Shown here: positions 23,346 through 35,269 of the stretch, piece after piece
Position numbering within the stretch: the stretch's first letter is position 1
Layout of the letters: each line of letters opens with the position of its first letter
Assembly (NCBI RefSeq): GCF_018977255.1
Contig: NW_024704743.1
Coordinates: 66,156,001 to 66,220,000 of the forward strand
Origin: Callorhinchus milii
Lineage: Eukaryota
DNA: 64,000 bases
Direction of reading: 5' to 3'
Position numbers and translations under genes: made by a program
Notes under the pieces: model-generated
What the model was told of the DNA's origin: nothing
What the model saw: the letters and a program-made list of their open reading frames with translations, nothing else
Database searches by the model: none

Positions 23346-26300
23346 TTGTAATATTAATGTTTAAACATCATAGTGTGTGAGCAGTATAGCAATGGAAGCC
23401 CCCAGGGACTGGAGTCTCTGTAACTTGCCAGGAGACTAAGACCTGCTATTTCCTACATACATTATAGCAATGATAACAGTCTCTGTTGTCTTCTGGATTT
23501 AAATATTAGAGAGCTGCAGATGTGTTTATTCATCTGTACACAATTGGGCTCTATGGACCCTATGAGTTTATTTGCCTATCAGAGCAGCCCTTCCTGCTTT
23601 GACATTTTTTAAACATCAAAGATTGACCTGGTCCCATCTATGACACAACCAGGTCAATCTTTACATCTTTGACATTATATTGGACAAAGGCTAGCTCTGA
23701 AGGCTGTTTTACAGACGATTTTAAACATCACCCATCTTGGGTGCAAGCCAGGAGGCAAACAGAAAGCCGTATATATTATACTTTAAACTTTACAATGTTA
23801 AAATGGCTAAGATAGGATGCTATTAGTTGCAAATAACACAATATAAAAGTTAACAACATAGTGAGAGAAAATGAGGAATGAGGAAGCCTACAAATGCACA
23901 ATCACCACAGTTTACAGAAATCTTCTGAAGTGCTTTGAGACATTTCAATAATGTGATAAGGGCCAAATGCAAAGATTATTATTCTAAGTGGAAATAATTG
24001 AGGGAAAGGGAAGGCAGAAAAAGCATATATTAATTATCTATTATTTAAGTTACATTTATTTCCTTTTCATTTTTGGGTAATATTAAGGTAACGTTACAAC
24101 AATAAAGCTACTCCTGACATTTTGTAATCCTATTCCTGTAATAATGTATTGGTGAATATTTCTGTATCAGGGTGTATGTAAACAAACCTTAAGATTTGGC
24201 TCATCTACGCAGACTAATATTTCCCTGAATTGGCTAACGGTTTAATGGACTGAAATTCGAGTCGTTCCTACTAGTCACACCTTTAGCAATGACAGACGCT
24301 AATAGGATTTCTCCATTATAATCCCGCTTAACCAAAAATGTTACATATAACACCAACTAGAATTTCAGGTCTTCAGTGTGATTTATTCCACTTCCCTTCC
24401 TCCTAAAACCTACTCCTTCCCCTTCCTCCTAGCCCATCGTCCAATCCCCATTCACTGTGAAGCACTCCTCGATATTATTCTACATGAAGGGTGTTTTATA
24501 AATTTAATTTGTATTGAAAATATGCTATTTTTTGATACTTACAACAGTCAAGATGATTACCTTATAAATAAAGCTGATTTTAAGGCCTTCAGGTAATATG
24601 TCCTTAACTTCCAAAATTGTATTGCCCAGTACTTGCTCACATTACTTTAATATCAGTAATTGCTTCAAGAATTCCCTATCCCCAAGTTTTATTTCCAAAA
24701 TAGTCATATCCTGCAATTTAATACAAGTTTATTTCTCCATCATAGAAACATCTGTATGTACTAAAAAGATCATGTACATAAAGTGCTGTGCATTTTTTTG
24801 ATCAAAAGTGACTCCTCTTTCTTCTTTCTGTCTCCACCAGATTGTTGATCATATCACAATGTATGGGCCACTCATAGTCTATTGATATTTTGCACTTATC
24901 TGGAGAAATAACAAAGATGCTCTTTCATGTCACAATATAAGCAAGTACACCTTCCAGATGATGTTTAAAACTAAAACACAATGAACATGGTTCCTTCATT
25001 TAAATGTGTTTTAGTTATCTTACACCAACTCATGATAACTACCTGCAACAAGATCTACTTGTAGAAATGATCACAAACCAGCTACAAGAAGCACACTCCT
25101 GGCCTGATTTGTCAAAGTATCCAAACTGAAAGATCAATACTCTGTAAGAACTGCACTGTGCATAATATAAAGTGTAACATACATGGGAGTGATTATAAGG
25201 CTGTAATCTTATTTGGGGGTTCGCTGATAGTTTTAAGATGCTTGAGCCTCCCTACTTATAATTGCTCCCAGATATCCATTATCTGCATTTTTAATCACAG
25301 TTATCCTGTCTCATTAATAGTCATTAGGAAAAGCACTGGGAGCTCTATCGCAAAGTACTCACCACTTCAAAATGGCAGCACCAGACTTTGTCTGCAGCAA
25401 ATGGTTAACAGATGCAGGAAGAAGCATGACCACCTCTATCTTGCCAAAGCTATAGGGAGGATCTATGATTAATATAGTTGAAGGTCTTTTTCTAGTCGAT
25501 TAATACTGTTCATGTGATTTTATTCTCCTCAGTTACTGAATCACATGAGTCAGAAGAGCTTGCATAGCTGGTGAACATTTAAGAGAACTAAACTGGTTCA
25601 GGTCAATCTTATCCCTGTTCTTTCAAATATCTGCCTACACATAAATTCTTGATATACATTTCTAATCACTAGCATAAGTGACATAGGTCTTAGGTCATTC
25701 CGTATATTCACTGATGGATGCACTTTGAGCACAATCATGATTCAGAGTGTCACTGTAAGACCTCTTCTCTCAATCCTGAATACAGCGACTATAGTATATT
25801 ATGAATTGGTCAATATTTCTGTCAGTAACTTTTACAATGCTGCACGCTAGCGCATGTCTTCTGTATTTTAGATTCTATAAATCCCCTTCAAGAAGTTCAT
25901 GGATTAAATAGACTTAAAGTAACACAACACTTCCTGCCTGAGGGTATTAGGTGAACTTTGCTCCACTATCTGCGCTAAGATTAGAAGATTGGAGTAAGGT
26001 TAGGTGTAGGTTAAGTTGCATTAAACATTGACCCTGCCATCGTTTTCTGTATTTTCTGAATGCATTGTTTATGTGAAAAAAAACTGATATTTTCTGTGAA
26101 TGATGTTCGCATGCATTCCTTGACTTAAAAAAAATTACATTTTAAAAATAGATTTTCAGGATAATGTAAGCATAAAGCCCTTTGTGATATCCCCTAAAGG
26201 TGCTAGTTAAATTGTTGCTATTGTAATTCAACAGATCAAATTAATAACAAAGGAGAAAAATAAGTTTCACCAGCAGCAATGGAAGTTAATGTGTTTGGAC

Positions 26301-27549
26301 TTGGCAAACATGAAAATCCACCTTGTCTTAGCTTGTAAGATCATTTTGTCTTAATGTTTAAGATCAGCTAGACTTATGGACAATTCTTAAATTTGGGCTG
26401 AATTTAGAAGCTGGTTTGATTCTTTTTTAAGAATTGTGGAAAGGGGTTAAAATTAAGAATTTTATCAAAATTCTTTTCAACCTTAAATTTTAAGGCAAAA
26501 TAGTTTACCAAGGGTAAGACTAGTGGAATTTTAGGTCTTGTATGCCCATTCCTGGTGGCAGCTAACTGAGTATCTGTACTAATTGAGTATGTGAGTATGT
26601 CATGTTAATGTTCACTTTGCAAATCAATGCAGATAACACTCAACTCTATCTTTCTACCTCTTCCCTGCACTCCAGGAACCACTAACAGTCTGACAGATTT
26701 CCTGGAAAACATTAGGTCCTGCATGAGTCTTAACTTTCTTTAACTCAATGTTAACAAAGCCGATACCAACCTGCTCAGCTCCCAATAGTGCCTCAAATAT
26801 CTCAAATTCTTTCAAACTCTGACTGTCCACAACAAGTCATGGAGGCTGTGAGGAAGCTCAATATGTTTTTGCCCCTTACTCTCCTTCAGACCTTTCATCC
26901 AGGTTCTGATGAAGTTTGCTTTCATCCATCTCTGCAACATCACAACCTCACTCTGATAGCACATCTGTATCTTTCTCACCTCCAGACTTGAATACTCCAA
27001 TGCACTACTTCTCTGTCTCCCCCAAATTCTGCCTGCTTTCTCTCCCATACTAGGCTTCCAAACCCATCAAGAAGCAGATTTTATATCACGAAACAGGTAA
27101 TAAATTTGTATATCTTGCCCAGATTTTCTCAATTATGTAAGACTGGCAATTTCTAAAAATGTCACTACATCAATTTACACTTAAAGAGACCACACACATT
27201 GTACACTGATGAGTCTGTCTGAAATTAACATTGACTTCAACTACACTTGTAAGTCAGCAAGGTTGCCCTATAGAACAATGATAGTAATATCATTTATTAT
27301 ACTTAATGCTGTTGCACAATTTCACGTATTAATTACATCACTCTACAGTTTAGAGGTTACCAATTAATCTTTCTCTGAACAAAATCCTTAACTCCTCCAA
27401 ACGTACCCCACTGGTTAACCTCTGGTCTCTGCAACTTCTACATTGTAGTATAGAAAATAATATAAAGGAATATAATTAATATTAAAATATGATTTACTGG
27501 TGACACTGATGTGTTAAACTGCTATTTTAATATATCTATAGTATTTAGT

Positions 27550-27995
27550 TATAATGGACATGGACCTCACAAACTGTCCTGGAAAGGTTGCTTCCACTAT
27601 ACTGAAGGCAGACATCCATTGAACAGCTGAAGTGGAAACTCTGAGGCTTTGGCCGACAGTTAATGGAAGGTGTAACCTGCAGTGCAAATCCTGGATATAT
27701 GAACACATGTTCATATGTCCAGGACTTGGAATCTATTTTGATTGGTATACAGAGAGCTAAGCAGTTGCTGTTCGATATCCAAACCTTCAACTGATGGAAT
27801 CATCACTCATTGGGTAGGAATATGTGTCTGAATTGTGGGCAGGAAGATAGTGGTAATGCTCTCACGCATTTCATGCTACCTTGATGTTCTAGAGGTCCTT
27901 TTCCATTATAACTAAATTAATACTGTGTCCACCAGGCGATTTGCAGGGGGTTCCTGCTATCTGCCTTCAGAGCTGAACTGGCTCCAAGGTGAGAT
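27550..27995 (+). mobile_element. Second copy of the ancient zinc-knuckle non-LTR element (continues briefly after 29126)
   Basis: GIQRAKQLLFDIQT..., then CLNCGQEDSGNALTHFMLP* starting at 27825. Shares gagctgaactggctccaaggtga with the copy at about 9160. Confidence 0.65.
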
Positions 27996-28069
27996 AATAA
28001 TAATTGCATTTGATATAGTGCTTTATCATATCTTCGAAACGTCTCAAAGCGCTTCACAGAATATACAAC

Positions 28070-29041
28070 AAGATACAACAACCACAACAAGATTACATTT
28101 GTATAACGCCTTTCACGTCGGGAGGACATCCCAAGGCACTGGACAGTGTACAGCATTTCAGACCCGAGCTGGGGTCAGGGAGGGAGAAGGGAGGGGAGGG
28201 GAAGGGGGGTGTCCAATGGCATGGTCGAAGAGGAGGGACTTGAGATGGGACTTGAAGGAAGCTAAGGAGGGGGCGAGGTGGAGTGATTGGGGGATGAAAT
28301 TTCAGAGGTTGGAGGCAGAGTGGCTGAAGGCTCTCCCACCAATGGTGGGATGGGTGGGTTGGGGGACGTGGAGCAGGCCTGAGCCGGCTGAGCGGAGGGA
28401 ATGGGCGGGTTGGTAGGGGGTTAGGAGGTCACAGAGGTAGGGTGGGGCGAGGCCATGGAGGGCTTTGTAGGTGAGGACCAGGATCTTGAATTGGATCCTC
28501 TGAAGGATAGGGATCCAAAGTAGTCAGGCGAGAATGGGGGAGATGGGGTCATGGAGTTTGGTGCGGGAGAGGACATGGGCTGCAAAGTTCTGGATTATCT
28601 GCAGCCTGTGGAGGGAGGAGTTGGGAAGGCCGACAAGCAGGGCATTTGCATTGTTGAGCCTGGAGGTGATGAAGGCATGAACAAGAGTTTTGGCGGCCTG
28701 AGGGGTGAGGTAGTGGCGGAGTTGGGCGATGTTACAGAAGTGAGGGAAGGCAGAGCGGGTCATGGCTTGGATGTGGGGAAGAAAAGACAGTTGAGTGTTG
28801 ACCAAGACACCTAGGTTCCTGGCTGGCTTGGTGAGTTGTAGTGTGCAACCATGGAGGTTGATGCTGCCAGAGCGTGAGGTGCTGAGGCGCTGGCGCGAGG
28901 CAATCAGGAGGGCCTCAGTCTTGTTCATATTCAACTGAAGGAAATTTGCCCTCATCCAGGACTTGATGTCCGACAGGCAGTCTGTCAGGACAGCAGTGGT
29001 CCTGGAGTTGAGGGCGGAGGCAGAAAGATAGAGTTGGGTGT
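28070..29041 (-). mobile_element. L2 3' about 1 kb, nested in a minus-strand SINE 3' half (27993-28066 and 29042-29129)
   Basis: ORF 28524..28955: NFLQLNMNKTEALLI...RNLGVL...LVHAFITSRL. Begins with a (caa)n tail. Confidence 0.92.
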
Positions 29042-29239
29042 CTGTAAAGTGAATTGACTATATATTTAGTGGTCAAAACGCAGAAATCAATTGCGCGCAA
29101 CAGTGTCCCACAAACAGTTGTGGATTGAGATGTTTGGCAACAGAATGTCTCGGTAGTCTGGTTCCTAAGCCAGGCGAGTTTGCAATGCTCCAAGGTACCC
29201 TAATGAGAATGTATTCTCCCAAATCCTCATAGTGTAGTG

Positions 29240-29720
29240 CACTCCCGGCTGACTCCCAAACCAAACAAGCTGCCATACTCCTGTTGTCCCCATCCTGGCC
29301 TTGGCAACCTCCATTGGCTCCATGTCCCACAACGGATCGATTTCGAAACACTTGTCCGAGATTTCAATCTCTCCAACCCTACATGTGTAATGTTCTCCAG
29401 CTGCACCATGTCCCAGCCTCTACTTTCTGACTCTGGTTTGTAGCTCGTCTTTCATTCCCTTTGTTGCACTATCGGAAGATGAGCTTCCAGGCAGGATTCT
29501 CCGCTGCCCCATTAACCCCCTTCCAAAATTGCTTGGACTTACTACTTCTCTCACCCCTTTCAGAAAATCAGCTAAACAAAAACACCTAGCTCTTCAACAA
29601 TGTTTGAGTCATCTATAAATTTCCTCTACCTCTTACTCCATGTTCATTGTTCCCATTTGTTAAGTGCTTTTAGACATTCTTTTACATGAATGGGGCTACA
29701 GAAAAACAAGTTGTTCATTT
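29240..29720 (+). mobile_element. Old L2 3' fragment
   Basis: LGNLHWLHVPQRIDFETL remnant plus a decayed tail. Confidence 0.65.
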
Positions 29721-30295
29721 TGGAGTACTTCCCAGCATGTTTCTTTTCCAAGGAATACGCTTGGGGCCAAGTACTGTGGAGAAACTGCTGCTTATGGAAA
29801 TTAAATTGTGGGTATATTTGGTGACAAATGATTCACAAAGCACACTGTAATATTCTTAAACATGCGCATAATTGAAATCTGCACAAAGCTGGATATGAAG
29901 TGTTCGTGCAAATGCTACCACAGGAGCACAAACAAATCCCTAATTGCCCTCATTGTTTACAATGTGAGTTGTGTTTGAATTTTTTAATCTGTGCTCGATA
30001 CAAATAAAAACATCCATTGTGTAGTCAGGATTGGAAGTACAATACAACTTACATTAATATAGCACCTCTCAAAGTGCTTTACACGGCTAACCCGAAGTGG
30101 GGAGTGGGGAGAGGAAGGTGAATGAAAAAGTGGCTAAACAGTCCTTCGGATGAGATGTTAAATCAAGATCCTATTTAGGTTTTTTTTTGTCAGTTGAACC
30201 CATCAACAAAAACAACAAATTACATTTGTATAGTGCCTTTCACATCATCACCATGCCTAAGTGTATCCAAACCACGCTGAGATTTCCATGCATAA

Positions 30296-30472
30296 TAAAA
30301 TTAATAATCCTTGCATTTGATATAGTGCTTTTCACGACTTCTAGACGTCTCAAAGTGCTTCACAGAATAGACTGTAAAGTGAATTGACTGTATATTTTTT
30401 AAGTGAAATGTGAGCCAATTGCACACAGCAGTGTCCCACAAACAGTCCTGGATTGAGTGACCAAATTATTAT
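30296..30472 (-). mobile_element. Deu SINE 3' half
   Basis: Reverse-strand tail and Deu core (gccaattgcacacagcagtgtcccacaaacag). Confidence 0.82.
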
Positions 30473-31650
30473 TTTGAGACATTTCATTGACATGAAAAGT
30501 GCTACATCAACTGTAAGGTTAGCACTCCCTCATACACTCTTTGTTGAAAAGCCACTTGCTGCAGCTATTGAGCCAGTTGCCTTTGACCTACGTTTGTCTA
30601 CAAAATACACAGTCACTTCACTTTACAATATGTTCGGTGAAGTGCTTTGAGACATCCTCCTGATGTGAGAGATGCAAAATCAAAGGTAAGGATTACCTGA
30701 TACCAGCATTACATTTTTAGAATTTAGCACAAACTAACACTGAAACACTGGCATCTCCAAGAGCAGATTTGTACCTCCTTCTTCCAACTGCTCACTTGTT
30801 TCCATTTTCAAGAATGACTCTTCAATGTGGTAAAGAGGTCCCAATACTACCATGCTGAAACTGATAAGACTCCACTTTCAATTCAAGGGGGTGCAGAAAA
30901 CATCAAAGGTCCACCTGTTTGGGTTTGCAGTGGCTGAGGTTTACTCAATAGACTCCAAAGTACCTATGCAACAAATCCCAATTTAAATTATTGATTGCCT
31001 TCAGGAGACACATTTATAAAGTGAATGTCCTGCTTCCCCCATTGATAAGAATGACAAGCGGAAATTGGAAAGCCCCATTGTACTGGGAGGGATAATAAAA
31101 TCTGCAGTCAATGGCTCGCTGAAGCCGCGATCTGCAGACTTTCAAGGTAATTGGAATCACTGCCAGAACTGAAGAAAGGGAAAAAACAAATTTAAATTTA
31201 TTCTGCAAATGGGTGTTCAAAATGAAACTGCCTGATGCTGCCAGAACTGTCAACCTTCATTTGGCTTTCCAAGAAAGCACAAAAGTCCCTGAGCTTTAAT
31301 TAGAAAAATGAAACAAAGTTGTGAAAGTAAACAAATGATGCTGAGAATCTGGGTTTTTCTACTGGGGTTTTCTGGAGTTTAATGTGTTGGGTTGGGAAGG
31401 GTGGGGATTGGGAGGGGTTGGTGGGGGTGAGGATGCAGTATTCTTAATGGGTGTGGTTTATGAAGGAATGTTTTATTGACTGGAATGAAACAACGTTAAA
31501 ACTTGACCTTAAAACTTATTATTAAGGGTAGATTTACATTGTCTAGTGTCAGCCTATCTTAGTGGTACCACTCTCGTCTATGAGTCAGAAGATTGTGGGT
31601 TCAAGCCCCACATCGAGATCACATAAGCTAAGCTAACACTCCAATGGAGT

Positions 31651-33056
31651 CAAAAACAGAAGACGCTGGGAATACTCAGCAGGTCAGGCAGCATCTATGG
31701 AGAAAGGAAAGTAAATCAACCTTTCGGGTCCATGACCTTTCATCAGACTGGGGCATTTTGGGAAGGAGAGGCTTTTAAGGGCTAACAGAGAGTGGGGAGG
31801 CAGAGCAAGGAAGACAAAGGAGAAAATGGGGTGGAGGACAGGGGATGATGGGTTAAAGAGGTGTTAATGATGCAAAACAAAAGGGTGGGGGGTTTGCAAC
31901 AAAACGGGAATAGAGGTGTTAATACTGCAGAACAAAGGGGGGGGGGGAAGATTGCAACAAGATAGGCAGACAAGAGAGAGAAAAGGTTGTCTGGGATCCA
32001 GGTGATGTGGTAATAATAATAATCCTTGCATAATGGTCATGGAAGAGTGGGAGGGGGGAAGGTGAGCTGTTATGGTCTGAAATTGTTGAAATCAATATTG
32101 AGGCCAGAGGGCTGTAAGGTCTCTAGCAGGTAAATAAGGTGCTGTTCCTCGAACTTGCACTGTGGCTCATTAGAACAGCATAGGAGACTGTGGATGGAGA
32201 GGTCAGAGTGCGAGTGGGAGGGAGAGTTGAAGTGGCAAGAAACCGGAAGCTCAGGGTTGTGCTTGCGGACAAAATGGAGGTGTTCGGCAAATCAGTACCC
32301 AATCTGCTATTGATCTCCCCAATGCTCACAACGTGAACAGTGAATGCAGTAAACTACATTGGTGGTAATGCACGGAAATCACTGTCTCACTTGAAATCTG
32401 TGTTTGGGGCCCTGGACAGTGGGAGGAGGTGAAAGGGCACGTATTACATCTCCTGTGCTGGCTTGGGAAGGTGCCGGGGGGAGGAGAGCAACTGCTAGTG
32501 GTGATGGAGGAATGAACCAGGGAGTCACAGAGGGAATGGTTCCTTCGGAAAGTTAAGAGGGGAGGGGAAGATATCACGCTGGAGTTGCTGGAAATGGCGG
32601 AAAATTATTTGTTGGATATTGAGGCTGGTGGGGTGGAAGGTGAGGACTAGGGGGACCGTATCACGGTTCTGGGAAGATGGGGAAGGGGTGAGAGAAGAGG
32701 TTGGGAAATAGGGTGGACATGGTCAAGGGCCCTGCCTAATACAGTGGATGGGAATCCTTAGTCGAGGAAAAAGGATCACATTCCAGATGCGGCGAAGGCG
32801 GAGGAACTGTGAAAAGGGAATGGATTCTTTACAGGAGGTGGGGTGGGAGGAGGTGTAGTGCAGGTAACTGTGGAAGTTGGTGGGCTTGTAAAAGATATCT
32901 GTTGATAATCTATGCCCTGAGACTGAAATAGTGAAGTTGAGGAAGGGAAGGAAAGAGTTGGAGATAGACCATGTGAATGTTATGGAGGAGTGGTAAGTGA
33001 AAGCGAAATTGGTGAATTTTTCCAGCTCACTGTGAGAGCAGGAAGCAGTAAGCAGA
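31651..33056 (-). mobile_element. Penelope-like element (RT C-terminus plus GIY-YIG endonuclease remnant), 5'-truncated, decayed
   Basis: Minus-strand peptides PPLLTFRRNHSLCDSLVHS, PGTFPSQHRRCNTCPF, NVVYCIHCSR and IGEINSRLG match the PLE Cys linker and GIY-YIG. Flanked by the direct repeat actccaatgg (31638-31647 and 33057-33066). Confidence 0.88.
31712..31752 (-). ncRNA. Decayed minimal (type I) hammerhead ribozyme motif of the Penelope-like element
   Basis: Minus strand reads cccagt-CTGATGA-aa-GGTC-atg-GACC-c-GAAA-g-gtt-gattt. Core boxes lie at 31740-31746 and 31722-31725 (plus-strand coordinates). Confidence 0.6.
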
Positions 33057-33995
33057 ACTCCAATGGGGTACTGGGGTTATGTTTCATTGGTGAAGGTGGG
33101 GTCCTTCAATTGAGACGTTAAACCAATGTCCTGTTTGCCTGTTGAGATGGCTGTTAAAGATCCCATGGCACTATTTGACAAGAGAAAGGAGTTTTGCCCC
33201 ATGCTCTGACCAACAATTTTCCAAATAAAATTGGTCACTCAATCCATGGCTGTTTGCAGGACATTGCTGCGTGCAAATTGGTTGCCAAGTTTTGCCCTAG
33301 AATACACTGAAATACACTGTCAAACCATTTTACAATATATTCTGTGAAGCGCTTTGAGATGTCTCAAGGATGTGATAGGTGCTTTATTAAACGCAATTAT
33401 TATTATTAAGGTTCAGGTCTTGAACTCTGCAGGACAGCTCCTCTGACAATGCAGTTAGTCTAGGTTGACACTCCAATACCCCGGCACTGCATTGGAGCAT
33501 CAGCCTAGACTGTGTTCAAAGTCTTAATGTGCGACTTGATGACATTCCTACCAACTAAGCCAGGCTGACACCAAGGGTCTGACACTAATTTTTTTCAGTA
33601 AACAAATGTTTTTTAATCCTGGCTGGGAAGTAACATTTCACTAAGACATCACCAGATACTGGCTCAATATGAAATTAGTATTCTGGTGAAACAGGGTAAA
33701 CGTTGCTCCTGCAGCCGGGAATAAGAGCCTCTAATCCTCACTCGCTAAAAAGTAATGTACCATGGAACCTATTTATTTTCAGTGAGTGAATGCTTTTATG
33801 TCCTAACTTTAACCTCCCTTTCTATTAACCTGTTCTAGCTATCGATGACTCGCTGTGTAAAGAAATGCAGTACTTTGTGGTAACTATCTTAAAGCTGTAA
33901 CTACAATTCTGAACCATGGCCGCTTTTGCTTCTGTGTATCTCGGGCAGAATTTGATTCTTGGGAGCATCGCTGCTGAGCAGAATTCTGTCAATGT

Positions 33996-34308
33996 GGAGT
34001 CCTGTAGCTCAGTGGTTAGAGCACTCGCTTTGCAAGCGAGAGACCTGAGTTCAATTCCTGGCAGGGCGAAACCTTGGGCAAGTTTCCTTACTCCACACGC
34101 CTAATAATAATCCCTCCAAAACCCAAAACAATAACAAATTGGTCATTTTCAATCTACGACTGTTTGTGGGACATTGCTGTGCGCAATTGGCTGCTGCGTT
34201 CGCCCACAAATATACAGTCAATTCACTTTACAGTGTGTTCTGTGAAGCGCTTTGGGACGTCCTCCCGACGTGAAAGGTGCTATATCAAATGCAAGGATTA
34301 TTATTATT
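33996..34308 (+). mobile_element. Full-length young Deu SINE (short subfamily)
   Basis: Matches 560-880. TSD aatgtgg at 33991-33997 and 34309-34315. Confidence 0.93.
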
Positions 34309-34779
34309 AATGTGGTGCACCAGCTCAATGCGACAGGCACTTAACTAAATCTCCCAATTAGCAGTGGTAAAGGCCTTCCTCTGTGTGTCACGTATTGCGG
34401 AAAGGCCTGGGAGAGGTAAATCCTGTTTGTTGTAAGGCAGTAAATTATGTGAATAGTAATTTCCATGTTATTTTGCTGTAGCCACAACATCATTTGGTAA
34501 TCTTTGAAAATGCACTTTGGAAGCAGCTTTGTGTTGGTTTTGCATAATTGTTTTGATGTAGGGTCACTTAATTGTTGAGAGAATTGTCTCAGTCTGGCTG
34601 ATGTTGTTTGGTGTTATTTCCCTGTGTTTCCTAAGGACCCTGGGGAATGATCTCTTTAACTTCTCTCAGAATATCCTCATTTCTCTCTTAACACACCAGC
34701 AGTAACAATGCTGATGTGATCAGAATACTTGGATTAGAATTTAAAATTTTAGACTTCCAGTCATATATATACATGTAAT

Positions 34780-35122
34780 CATAATAATAATCCTTGCATT
34801 TGATATAGAGCCGTATTATGTTGTTGAGACGTCTCAAACAGCTTCACAGAATATACTGTAAGGAGATTGGCTGTGTATTTTGTGGGCGAAACGCAGCACT
34901 CATTTATTCAGAGCAGTGTCCCATACAGTCATGGATTGAGTGAACAAATATCTGCCTGAACATGTACAGAAGGGACCTCGATTTAACATCTCATCTGAAG
35001 GACAGCACCTCTGACTATGCAGCACTCCCCCACCATTGCACTGGTTAGCCGAGACTGTGCGAGTTCAAAGATCTGACATAACTAAGAGGCGAGAGTGCTC
35101 CGACTGAACCAGACTGACACTT
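34780..35122 (-). mobile_element. Older Deu SINE
   Basis: Reverse tail, ctcgatttaacatctcatctgaaggacagcacctctgac body, agaggcgagagtgctccgactgaaccagactgacac head. Confidence 0.8.
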
Positions 35123-35269
35123 GAGATCACTCAACACCTCCACCTCGCACCTTGCTGAAAGCCTCAGGCAGTCTCTTATGTAGAGATAGTGCCAGTCAAA
35201 TACACAAATGTTCAATTAGTGTCAATCACGTATACACATGTATAGTTAGGTCATCTTTGACCGCGCCTT

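Larger units (their letters stand above)
31546..33410 (+). mobile_element. Older Deu SINE split by a Penelope-like insertion (head 31546-31650, body and tail 33057-33410)
   Basis: Head agtgtcagcctatcttagtggtaccactctcgtctatgagtcagaagattgtgggttcaagccc. Body resumes with gagacgttaaacc...gttaaagatcccatggcactattt. Confidence 0.82.

Noticed and set aside
22912..23380. Overlapping 64-150 aa Ser/Leu/Phe-rich ORFs
   Set aside because: Artefact of a stop-poor (TC)n low-complexity tract.
24810..24890. Strong polypyrimidine tract ending ccaccag at 24840
   Set aside because: All three frames close within about 45 nt and there is no good frame-preserving donor; unsupported as an exon.
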